A stretch of DNA of 64,000 nucleotides from Saprolegnia diclina VS20 (lineage: Eukaryota), in contig NW_008246102.1 of the NCBI RefSeq assembly GCF_000281045.1, positions 178,992 through 242,991 on the forward strand, given 5' to 3'. The translations under genes were made by a program, and so were the position numbers. Of this stretch, positions 1-10,235 are shown piece by piece. Each line of letters begins with the position of its first letter. Position 1 is the stretch's first letter. The notes beneath the pieces are model-generated. The model saw nothing but the letters and a program-made list of their open reading frames with translations, made no database searches and had not been told where the DNA came from.

Positions 1-771
1 AAGACGATGCTCGCGGAAGAAGTGCACATGAAGAAGGTGCGCTGGTCGTTCATCCTCAAGCACTACGGCAAGAGCCTCCTCGGCACGGCCGGCACGTGGT
101 TCCTCTTTGACATTGTGTTTTACGCGCAAAACCTCTTTTCGGCGTCGATTCTCTCGGTGATTGGCGCCAACTCGACGCTCAAGACGATCGCGCTCCAGAA
201 CGTGTTGATCTCGGCCGTGGCGCTGCCGGGGTACTACGTTGCATGCTTCTTCATCAACAAGATGGGCCGCAAGCTCATCATGCTCCAGGGTCTCACGTGG
301 ATGACCATCATCTTCCTCGTACTGGCGATCTGGTGGGACTCGATCAAGGGCCAGAGCGCGCTCTTCATCATTCTCTTTGGCTTGACGCTCTTCTTCTCCA
401 ACTTTGGCCCCAACATGTCGACGTTCGTCATGCCCACGGAGATGTACCCGACAGCCATCAAGAGCTCGTGTCACGGCTTCTCGGCGGCTATGGGCAAGGC
501 AGGCGCCGCCATTGGCTCGTATGGCTTTGCGCACTGGGTGAAGGCGCCCGGCTTTGGCTACGTTGGCACGTGGTACACGTTTGCGGGCATTTGCTTGTTG
601 ACGCTTCTCCTCACGTGGTTCTGCATGTTTGACAACAACGATGGCGACATGTCCAACATTGACAACGAGTTCAAGGCCAAGCTTGCGCTCGAGACGAACG
701 AGACGCGGCAGTCATTTGTTGCGGGCGACGAGCACGAGTTTGACAAGGACGTGGGATATGTCAAGGCCTAG
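1..771 (+). CDS. MFS inorganic phosphate:H+ symporter (PHO84/Pht1-like), C-terminal half; 5' end lies outside the window
   Basis: Multiple TM segments, GTAGTWFLFDIVFYAQNLF, the Pht1-type motif FFSNFGPNMSTFVMPTEMYPT, and HGFSAAMGKAGA. Stop TAG at 769-771. Confidence 0.9.
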   Translation, partial: KTMLAEEVHMKKVRWSFILKHYGKSLLGTAGTWFLFDIVFYAQNLFSASILSVIGANSTLKTIALQNVLISAVALPGYYVACFFINKMGRKLIMLQGLTWMTIIFLVLAIWWDSIKGQSALFIILFGLTLFFSNFGPNMSTFVMPTEMYPTAIKSSCHGFSAAMGKAGAAIGSYGFAHWVKAPGFGYVGTWYTFAGICLLTLLLTWFCMFDNNDGDMSNIDNEFKAKLALETNETRQSFVAGDEHEFDKDVGYVKA

Positions 772-1338
772 TTGGTGTAATGGCATCAATCCAATGATTG
801 TTATTTTGTACATTGTACTGCGTATCGTTGGGCTATTTTTTTAGTTGTAGTGATCGCCGTGCTAGTACCCATGTTTCATGGCAAGGTTCAGACACAAGAT
901 AGGACACCTTCCCATCGACACTGCGACGTGCATGACATAGCATTCGATGGTGGGGCTGCACCGACCTGCGTGCAGTACATTGTGGAAGTATTATCCTGTC
1001 AAAGTCGTTGCTGGGTACGGATAGATTTTGCCATGATATTGAACTGTACCGTAGTATGGCTGGAGTGCAGTAGCCAAGCTGTCCACGTCTGCCTTGCCAA
1101 CCAAGAGCGGTCGCCAGTTGAAGCCGGCACCATGGAGCTGCCACAGGAGATCTCGGTTCTGCACTCAAAAACCTTTTAAAACACATACCAGCATGACCGG
1201 ATAGCCTCTACAACTCGATTGCATCGGGTTGCGTGCACTCGACAGGCGCCACATTGCACTTTCAACCTGATCCGGGGCAAGCGCGTACGGTCGGCGCCCA
1301 ACCCACGTAGCGAGAAGGGCTTAGCGTATGCGTAGAGT

Positions 1339-3152
1339 ATGGATCTTATTGACGCCGTGACTTGTGGCAATGCGGCCGCAGTGGCCGAGCTCCTCCAAGA
1401 CGGCGCCGATCCCAATTACCGCGACAAGGTACCCTCGCAACCATGCACCAACTGACGCGCGGCTTAGTTTGGCGAACACGCGCTCTTCCTCGCCGCCTTG
1501 GAAGGTCATGTTGACGTTGTGAGCCTGCTTCTCAATGCTGGCGCCAGCGTCGACATGACAACATCGGTGCGCTGTCGCGTGAGAAAGGCCATCAATCCAA
1601 ATGGTGTGCGCTAGGGAGGTGCGACCGCGCTCATGGCGTCGCCTGGCGTCGGTTCGGTCGAGCTCGTCCAACTACTTCTGGCGCGTGGCGCCAACGTCAA
1701 CCACAGCACGATGGTAGGCGCCGTCGACGCGCCGATTCGCATGACCACTCGGTGTCGTAGCATGGCACAGCGCTGACGGCGTCTGTGGAGCGTGACCGCG
1801 ACGACCTCGTTGATGTTCTTCTCGCGGCCGGTGCCCGTGTCAACATCCAGTACACACCTGTACGTGCTTCGTGACGCGTTTGGTCGACTCTTTCATACTG
1901 CTGGGACGACTAGTACGAGGTGTCGCCCATCTTGGTGGCCGCTCACAAAGGCTCTGTCGCCATTGCCCAGCGACTGCTCCAGAGTGGCGCCAACTTGCTC
2001 AGTGTCGACAAGGTAGCGTCCATCTGCATGTACAACTCTAAACGATCGAGTACGACTAGGACGGACATGGCGTCGTCAGCTATGCTGCCATGGGCGGTCA
2101 TACCGACATGATTCGCTTCCTCGTACAAAAAGGGGCCAACCCAAGCGCAACCTCCATCGTATGTCCCGTCTCGCACTACTACATGGATCAACGAATATGC
2201 CGATCAGGCTCGCGGGACGCCGTTGATCAGTGCTTGCGGGTGGGGCCAACTGGCCGCTGTCGTCGCCTTGCTTCAAGCTGGTGCAACCGTCAACCAATCT
2301 GACGCAGTAAAACCCGGCATCTCAAAACCCTTTCCAAATGTACTACTGCAGGAGCCGTGCCTTCACGTTGCGGCCTCCAACGGTCACTCGGCGATTGTAG
2401 CGCTTCTGCTCAAGGCGGGGGCCGACGTCAACGCGATCGATACCGAGGCATGCACTCGTCGTTCGCGTTGCGTTGACATCTCGTATGTAGCATGGCGGCA
2501 CGGCCCTCTATGCGGCCGCCCGCAGCGGTCACTCGGACATTGTGCGTCAGCTTGCGTACGCCAAGGCCCAGCTCGACAAGCCGGCACGCGTACGACTTGA
2601 TGCAATACATGGCAATGACGTGATCGATACACGTAGGATGGGTCGACGCCGGTGATCGTCGCTCGATGCAACCAACACGCAAGCGTCCTCGAGGTCTTGC
2701 ACGACGTGCGCACCAAGGTAGAGAAGGGTCGGAGACGCGCGATCTCGACTCTTTCGACTAGAAAATGGAGTTGCTCCATGCAGTGCGCCACGGTCATCTG
2801 GCTGCTGTTCGAGCGCTGCTGGCCGAGGGCTTGAGCGTCAACGAGACAGACGAGGTACAATCTCGGAGCCGCAACATACAAGCTAGGTTGCCTTATGTTT
2901 GACAATGGTTTTAGCACGGCAATACGCTCGTGCACTTGGCACTGCTTGGTCGCCACGAGGCTCTGTTGGCCGAACTTTTGACGGACCCCGCTGTCGACAC
3001 CAGCGGCGTCAACAAGGTACATTGTTGTTTGACACTGGCAAGTATTAAAACACATTTAGTTTGGCGAGTCGCCGAAAGCCATCGTGACCAAGATGGATGT
3101 TCCATCCCTCATCGAGCAACTCCACAACATCCAGAGCAAGCCACCAATGCAG
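1339..3152 (+). repeat. Ankyrin array A1 (13 exons, about one repeat per exon)
   Basis: Exons 1468-1566, 1615-1713, 1761-1859, 1914-2012, 2060-2158, 2208-2306 and 2491-2589 are each 99 nt and phase 0, e.g. FGEHALFLAALEGHVDVVSLLLNAGASVDMTTS. Confidence 0.9.
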
Positions 3153-6100
3153 GTACTCTGTCAAACTAGCTCCATTCGAGAAGGCTCTAACGGCCCGTAC
3201 CAACAGGTGCCTGCAGTGTCGACGGTGCATTTGCGAGAGCTTGGCCGCGGCAGCTACGGCATCGTCGTCAAGGGCTCGCTCCAAGGCCAAGACGTGGCCA
3301 TCAAGGAGCTTTGGAATTCTCATGTTGGCGCTGCGAGCCTCCAAGCCGAGATGCAAATTCTCATCGAGTACTGCTTTCATTCTCGACGCTTCTGCGACTC
3401 ATCACGTAAATAGCAACCCGTCACCGTACCTTGTGCGGCTCGTTGCCACCGCTGATGCCGCATCGGACGCGCCGCAGCTCTTTTTTGAGTACATGGATGG
3501 CGGCAACCTCACGTCGTACCTCGAGAAGATCACTGCAGACGACACGGTACCTGCTGCATACACACCCATTGAGATTGCATGGGTGGTGGCCAACGCTTTG
3601 AACGATCTCCACGCCAACAATATTGTCCATCGTGACATCAAGCCCGACAATATCCTCCTCTCGTCCAAATACTACATCAAAGTGGGTGACGTCGGCATCG
3701 CCAAGGAGGCGACGACGAACATGACGACGGGNNNNNNNNNNNNNNNNNNNNNNNNNNNNNNNNNNNNNNNNNNNNNNNNNNNNNNNNNNNNNNNNNNNNN
3801 NNNNNNNNNNNNNNNNNNNNNNNNNNNNNNNNNNNNNNNNNNNNNNNNNNNNNNNNNNNNNNNNNNNNNNNNNNNNNNNNNNNNNNNNNNNNNNNNNNNN
3901 NNNNNNNNNNNNNNNNNNNNNNNNNNNNNNNNNNNNNNNNNNNNNNNNNNNNNNNNNNNNNNNNNNNNNNNNNNNNNNNNNNNNNNNNNNNNNNNNNNNN
4001 NNNNNNNNNNNNNNNNNNNNNNNNNNNNNNNNNNNNNNNNNNNNNNNNNNNNNNNNNNNNNNNNNNNNNNNNNNNNNNNNNNNNNNNNNNNNNNNNNNNN
4101 NNNNNNNNNNNCACTATGCTAGGCGGGTCTCCGCGTCATTGAAAAGCTTGCTGTGCCCTTATGCATTGAAGCCGCGGTGGCGCCCGACGTGCCCACCATT
4201 CCCTCGGTACCGCGCCCCGTCATGAGGTGCGGTGCACGAATGATTGCTTGCTTTGTTAGCGCGTCGGGCGGTCCCAGAGACCCCTTTCGGTACGTCTTGA
4301 CGCACAAAACCATCACTCGACCTCGGCACGTAGCATGATGAGGAGCTGCATGTTGCCGTAGAGACTGGCAACGCGGATGACGTCCGCGCCTTGCTCGCGA
4401 GTGGGGTTCACCCCGACAGCACCAGCATCGTACTACATCTCTGCGTTGGCATCGGCACAACGACGTGTGTTGTAGACGGGCGAAACACCACTGAAGAAAG
4501 CCGTGGGTTTGAGGGATAGCCACCTCGTCGATATGCTACTAACCTACCATGCGAACGTCAACCATGCAAATGCGGTATTGGCGACGACACCTCAATATCA
4601 ACTGACCGTACTGTAGATGGGTATGACAGCGTTGCATGACGCGGCGACGCGGAGCGCGAGCGACATCCTGCTCATGCTCCTCCGTGGGCCAAACGTCTCT
4701 GTGGACGCTCGAACGATCGTACGCACGAGCCCACACAACATGGCTCACTATGGACATGACATTAGAAACAACAAACGCCATTGCACGTTGCGGTCGCCGC
4801 CGGGCAACTGGCGAATGTCGTTGCGCTTGCAGACGCCGGTGCCGACTGCGAAGCCACCGATGCGGTCCGTCAACGCCTTCCACACGTCGAATTCACTCCA
4901 GCATGACTAGAACTCGTATCGGCCGTTGCACTACGCCGCGCTAAAGGGTCATCCAGGCATTGCAGCGTTCCTTCTCCAGCGCGAGGCCTCGACGTCGGCG
5001 CGCAACAAAGTACCGTCTCCGCTTATCTTTCGGTGCACATGCGATGGAGCGCTTTAGCATGGCGATACGGTGCTGCATGTGGCCATTTTGAACGAACACA
5101 GCGACGTGGCCACGCTCCTCGTTGAGGCGGGTGCTGATGTTCACGCCGTCTCGGTCTCTCGTCTCGACGCGGGGCGCACGTTCATTAACGTTGTTTTGAG
5201 TAGAACGAGCAGAGCCCGCTGCACGTCGCATGTGAACGCGGTGTCGCGGCCGTGGTGCCGGCGCTTCTTGCCCGTGGCGCAAACGTCAACGCCCACTACG
5301 TACATATGCACCGGACCTCGCGATCGCACTCATGCCTGGTGTAGCGCGGCTCGTCGCCTCTCTTCCTCGCAATGATCCACAACCACGCGGACGTCGTCAA
5401 CATGCTCCTGGCGTCGCCCGATTTGGATCTCAACGAACGAAGCCAAGTACGATATTGTGCCGATAGTTATCACCTTTGTAAACTTCTCTACAGGATGGCC
5501 TCACTGCTTTGCACGTTGCTACGATCGGTGACAAACTCGCCATTGCCAAGACCCTGCTTCACGCTGGCGCGGATGTCGACGCAAAAGCCACCGCGGTGCG
5601 ACGAGCACCAGTTATGGTTGCTCGCTGTTGTGCTAACTTATCTGGGTAGTGGGGACTCTGCGCCATGGACTTTGCCATCAAGAAGAAGAGCCGCGCCATG
5701 GTTGACGTGCTCCAGCCCGCCTACCACCACGTACGTTCTGCATGTCTTTTCGGTCTTGGACCCTCTATGTATCGCAGAAACGGGCGTTGCTACAAGCAAT
5801 GCACCAGCAAAATGAGCCTCATTTCGCAGCGCTACTAGAAGCGCCGTACAGCTGCAACGTCAACGACGAGGTGTGCCATCCAATCATACCCAACACAACG
5901 GAATTGCCGTCGTAGATCGGGTGTTCGCTTGTGCATTTGGCCGTCCTCGCGAATAACGAAGTCATGCTCGACCTGCTTCTAAGCACGCCTCGCGTCCTCT
6001 TTGATACGACCAACCACGTAGAGGATGCGATCGCCAGACAACGACAGAGTTGATTTTGTAGGAACACAAGACGCCATTGGCCATTGCCATTGAGCGCGGA

Positions 6101-9100
6101 TGTGCGTCGATGGCACAAAAGCTCTTTGATCGAGTGCATGCAGCCGCGGTCGAGGTCAGAAGCCGTTGTTTGTAGTTGATTTTAACACCGACGATAGATT
6201 GCCAGTTCTGAGTGCGACGTGACCAGCCACGAACTTGGTCGGGGCGGGTTTGGGGTCGTCTTCCTCGGCTCGTACCGCGGTGCCAAGGTCGCGGTCAAGA
6301 CCGTCACAAACATCAACCACCTCCAGTCGCTCCATGCTGAAGTCGATGGGCTCCTTGCGTAGGCCGCTACGTTCTTATTCGTCACAGGCTAAAATGATGT
6401 GATCTAGATGCCCGTCTCCGTACCTTGTGCGGCTGGTGGCTATCGCGGACCGCCACTCGGAGACACCGGCGCTGCTGCTCGAGTACATGGAGGGCGGCAG
6501 TCTTCGGTCGCACCTCGAGAAGAAGCAGTTGGGCCGGCGCACGTCGGAGCACGTGACCGCGCTGCATGCGGCCTGGGTAGTGGCCAACGCCTTGAACGAC
6601 CTCCACGCCAAGAAGATAGTACACCGCGACATCAAGAGTGACAATGTTCTCTTGAGCTCGAGCGACGAGGTCAAGCTCGGGGACCTTGGGCTGGCGCGGT
6701 GCGAGGCCACCGTCATGACGGACGCGCCGGGCACGCGGTTCTGGATGGCGCCCGAGGTCCTGTGTGCCAACGGCACCAAGTATGGCCTTCCGGCTGACAT
6801 TTATGCCTTTGGCGTGCTTCTCACCGAGCTAAACACGTGCCAGCTGCCTTACTTCGACCAAGATGTCCAGGACCCCATTGCATTTGTGAACAGCGTCGTG
6901 AACGGCTCGCTGCGCCCGTCGCTGACACCCGACTGCGAGCCATGGCTGCGCGAGTTGGCAGACATGTGCCTGCGTGGTGACCCGGCGGATCGCCCGACCG
7001 CCCACGACATCGTTCAGCGGCTGCGCAACGAAATGGCGACGCTTCCTCCGCCCGACACCAGCGTATCACCTTCCCTTACCAATGGACTCGAAGGTTAAAA
7101 GCGACGAGGTAGGTGGAATATGCCTACTTGCGCGCCGCGGCCAAAGACGATGTCGACGCAGTGTCGGAGCTACTGACCAGCGGCGTCCCGCTGGACTGGA
7201 CACTACCGGTCTGAATCCGTCTGATGACCAACCAATGTCAACGCTTGGAAATGTAGGGCGGTGCGTCACTGCTTTTGGCCGCCACGACGGCGCGTGCCAC
7301 CGGGACCGTGAAGCTCCTCCTGGATCACGGGGCCAACGTCAACGACGTGAGTGTACGGACATGCATATTCGACGTACAGTCTCGTTCATGGCGCGGGTTG
7401 TAGGGGGGACGGACACCGCTGCATGAAGCGGTGGCGATCTTCTCGGAACATCTGCAGCACATCTTGATCGATGCGGGCGCCGACGTCGAAGCACGTGATA
7501 AGGTACGTGCACCTCTTTGAGTCGACAAACCGACTGACTGGAAATACGGTACAGGAAGGCAACACGCCACTTGCGGTCGCGTCGTCCAAGATGCCTGTCG
7601 AGGCGTGCATCAAGCGACTCGTAGCGACAGGCGCCACCGTTGGGACGCTGCCCGAGGTTGACCAGTCCCGTTGGGTGCGAGTCCCATTTCTGCGCCTAGG
7701 ACGACACGAGGGACATTCAGTTGATGCCCGACACTGCGGTCCATGGCGACCCGCTCCGCGTGCTCACATTGTCGGCCTCGCGGGTAGACTTGTCTGCGGC
7801 TGGAGTGAACCTTTGATGTTTTGTAGCAAGAGAACGCGGCGTGCCCAGAGATCTTTTGTGGCCTGTGCGCGCACTGGCATCCCGTCGACGAGGTGTGCGG
7901 AGCGTGCGGCCATGACGCATCGGCGATAGACCGTGCCGTATCGGTGGTTCGACGCTTGATGCGGCTCCATTACCGCGGCAACGCCGTCGACTGGAACAAA
8001 AAGTGCAGCACCTGCCGCCAAATGAGCTTGACGATCTTTGACGAGCGCTGCCCCGAGTGCGGACACCAGCAGGAAGCCGAGACCGAGATCAAGTTGCTCA
8101 AGATCGTCCACGCGCGTTTGAAGAAGGCGCTGAAAGCAACTCGAGTACGTGTCACAGGCACACACCATCCTTTATACCGCCATCATATCGTAGGTCGCTT
8201 ACGATGAACCGGCGATCCCGCGTAGCGTCCGACGCTGGCTAGCACGTATGAGTGACCCGCCAGCCGACAGACGGCCGCCCACGGCGCCATCGATGGCCAA
8301 GGCAAAGCAAAAACGTTCCGGAGAAGCGGACACGAGTCAGGCGTCGGCGGGCGTCAACCTTTGCGGCATCGAGCTTCTGCCACCCCCTACGTCCGTGCGG
8401 CAATTCGAGGTTGCTTGCGCACCATCTTGCGTCGGCAGAGACGTACGACTTGGTTCTAGGACACGGTAGCACCAAGGGCGGCAGCGAGCTCAAAGGGACA
8501 GAGCGCGTTGGCCCGTCGTTTGTTCACCAGTACGCGCGCGCCTGTCCTTACGGTAGCGCGACGGATCGGTGTCGGGCACATGGCGACGCTTGCTGTAGAT
8601 CTCGGCCGACCATTTACCCGAGCCCGGTGCTACCGGTACAGTGGATGGCCGAGTCGTCGTCCATCGCCACGTTGGTGACGATGACCCGCTCGACGCCATT
8701 CGAAGGTACCGCTACGATCTATGGTCAAAAGAGTTTCATGCTGGCGCTTGGGAACAGGTGCACGTCGCCTTTCATCGAGCCCATCGTGGCGGCGGCCCTG
8801 CCCACGAGCGTCTTTGTCGAGGTGACCAAGGCTTTGCGTCTCCAGCAGGTGCTGCAAGCGCCACATGCACGCGAGGACATGCAGCACGCGGGCGCATTGA
8901 AGCTCCATATGATCTACGCGGTCGCCAACGCGCTGGTGGATCTGCACGATGTTGGCCTCGTCCACGGGCATCTCTCGAGCCACAACGTGATCTTTAGTCC
9001 GCGCAACTTTATTCAAATATGTGTCCCGGGGACCTCGGCGACCGACGATGCGCTGCTGGCGTGGACCGCCCCCGAAGTGCTCGCAGGCGACGCGCCGCCG

Positions 9101-9376
9101 TCATCCGCGTCCGACATTTACGCGTTTGGCATTCTCTTGACCGAGTTTGATACGTTCGCAGAGCCGTTTGCTGACTATGATTTCGACGACGAAGTTGCGC
9201 TCGCCGTGGCAGTCGTGGACGGCGACTTGCGGCCAACGCTGCGCGACGACTGTCAAGTGTGGTACCGAAACCTCGTCGGCCTGTGCTTGGACACTGACCC
9301 GCTCAATCGCCCGACGGCCGCAGACCTCGTCGAGCTGTTCCAGCATTTCATCGACGATACCATGGTCCTCACTTAG
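1339..9376 (+). CDS. Giant multi-exon ankyrin / tandem-kinase protein, copy A (ANKx13-kinase-ANKx13-kinase-ANKx4-double Zn ribbon-pseudokinase)
   Basis: Manual splicing from ATG 1339 (MDLIDAVTCGN...) through GT/GC-AG introns of about 39-55 nt stays in frame on both sides of the gap at 3732-4111 to the stop at 9376. It is exon-for-exon colinear with copy B. Confidence 0.8.
3207..3731 (+). other. Kinase domain 1 of copy A (TKL-like), truncated by the assembly gap
   Basis: GRGSYGIV, VAIK, EYMDGG, HRDIKPDN and DVG motifs. Confidence 0.9.
3732..4111. other. Assembly gap (N-run)
   Basis: N bases. The length matches the homologous kinase C-lobe plus linker in copy B (about 12602-12978). Confidence 1.
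4334..6154 (+). repeat. Ankyrin array A2 (13 exons)
   Basis: Phase-0 exons such as MGMTALHDAATRSASDILLMLLRGPNVSVDARTI and NSYRPLHYAALKGHPGIAAFLLQREASTSARNK. Confidence 0.88.
6198..7062 (+). other. Kinase domain 2 of copy A (TKL-like, catalytic motifs intact)
   Basis: GRGGFGVV, VAVK, HRDIKSDN, DLG, GTRFWMAPE, DIYAFG and DPADRPT motifs. Confidence 0.92.
7827..8144 (+). other. Double zinc-ribbon-like exon of copy A
   Basis: Four CxxC pairs (CGLC, CGAC, CSTC, CPEC), each pair of pairs followed by an amphipathic helix. The Cys residues are conserved in copy B. Confidence 0.75.
8599..9376 (+). other. C-terminal pseudokinase domain of copy A
   Basis: Kinase C-lobe motifs are present (WTAPE, DIYAFG, DPLNRPT), but HRD is replaced by HGH and there is no DFG, Gly-loop or VAIK. 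Confidence 0.85.
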
Positions 9377-10235
9377 GCCAGCTCGTCCCGACGCGTCGCA
9401 CAACGTCATTCTGCACCTTGACATGTCGATAACTAGCGAACTGTATGACGTTGCGACGGCGAAAGCTCAGGTGATGGCGCCCAGGTGCATGACGACGTCT
9501 TGCGTCGATGCTCGAAAGACGCGATGACCCACCCGTCCGTCATTGAGCTGACACTGCGGCGTGGGCATCTCTTTCGTCGCATCAAAGAGCGTTGATGCAT
9601 GTGTTTCTCCGCACTTACCGCCGCACTGTTGTGCAAGCTCGACACAACACACGAAGCTTGCTGCAAGTGAGATCCCTGTGCTTGCTCTTGCCGATTCGCA
9701 ATCTCGTGTCGAAAAGAACCGGGATTTGCATCTTCGAGTTGCGCACAACTACATGACCCTGCTAGCGCCTCACTAGCAACGATATGCAGTGGGTGGAGCT
9801 CTTTGAGCGGTGGCAACCCCGCTGGTGATAGTTGGGTGCTAAATACACTGTAGACAGCAAATAATTGAAGTTCAAGCTCCGGTCAAGGAATTTGACAAAA
9901 GCTGGTGCAAGCTGGAAGGCGCCAACGAACCAATCTGGGTGTGCTATGCCTCGTGACCTTTGAACCGCATACGTCCAATGCTATTTGTAGTGTTGTTGGT
10001 CTCGACAGAGTGCGGCCGATGTACTATGCAGCCCATCGGGAACCAAGCACTGCCGTGGAGTTCGGACCCTTTTTGTCTTTCCAATACATTCAACACCTTG
10101 TTTTGTCATACTTCCCGTGTCGTCGTTGGTCCGATCGCAACTTTTCATTGCGATTTTTTGCACACGTCACGCAAGCAGCCGCAAGGTGCGCGCCGATGAA
10201 CCGCCATCTCACTCGTCTTGACCAAGTAGAAGAAG

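Noticed and set aside
3677..4122. Long ORFs spanning N-runs (also at 30.1-31.2, 40.7-42.1 and 60.8-61.8 kb)
   Set aside because: Artefacts of translating assembly gaps.
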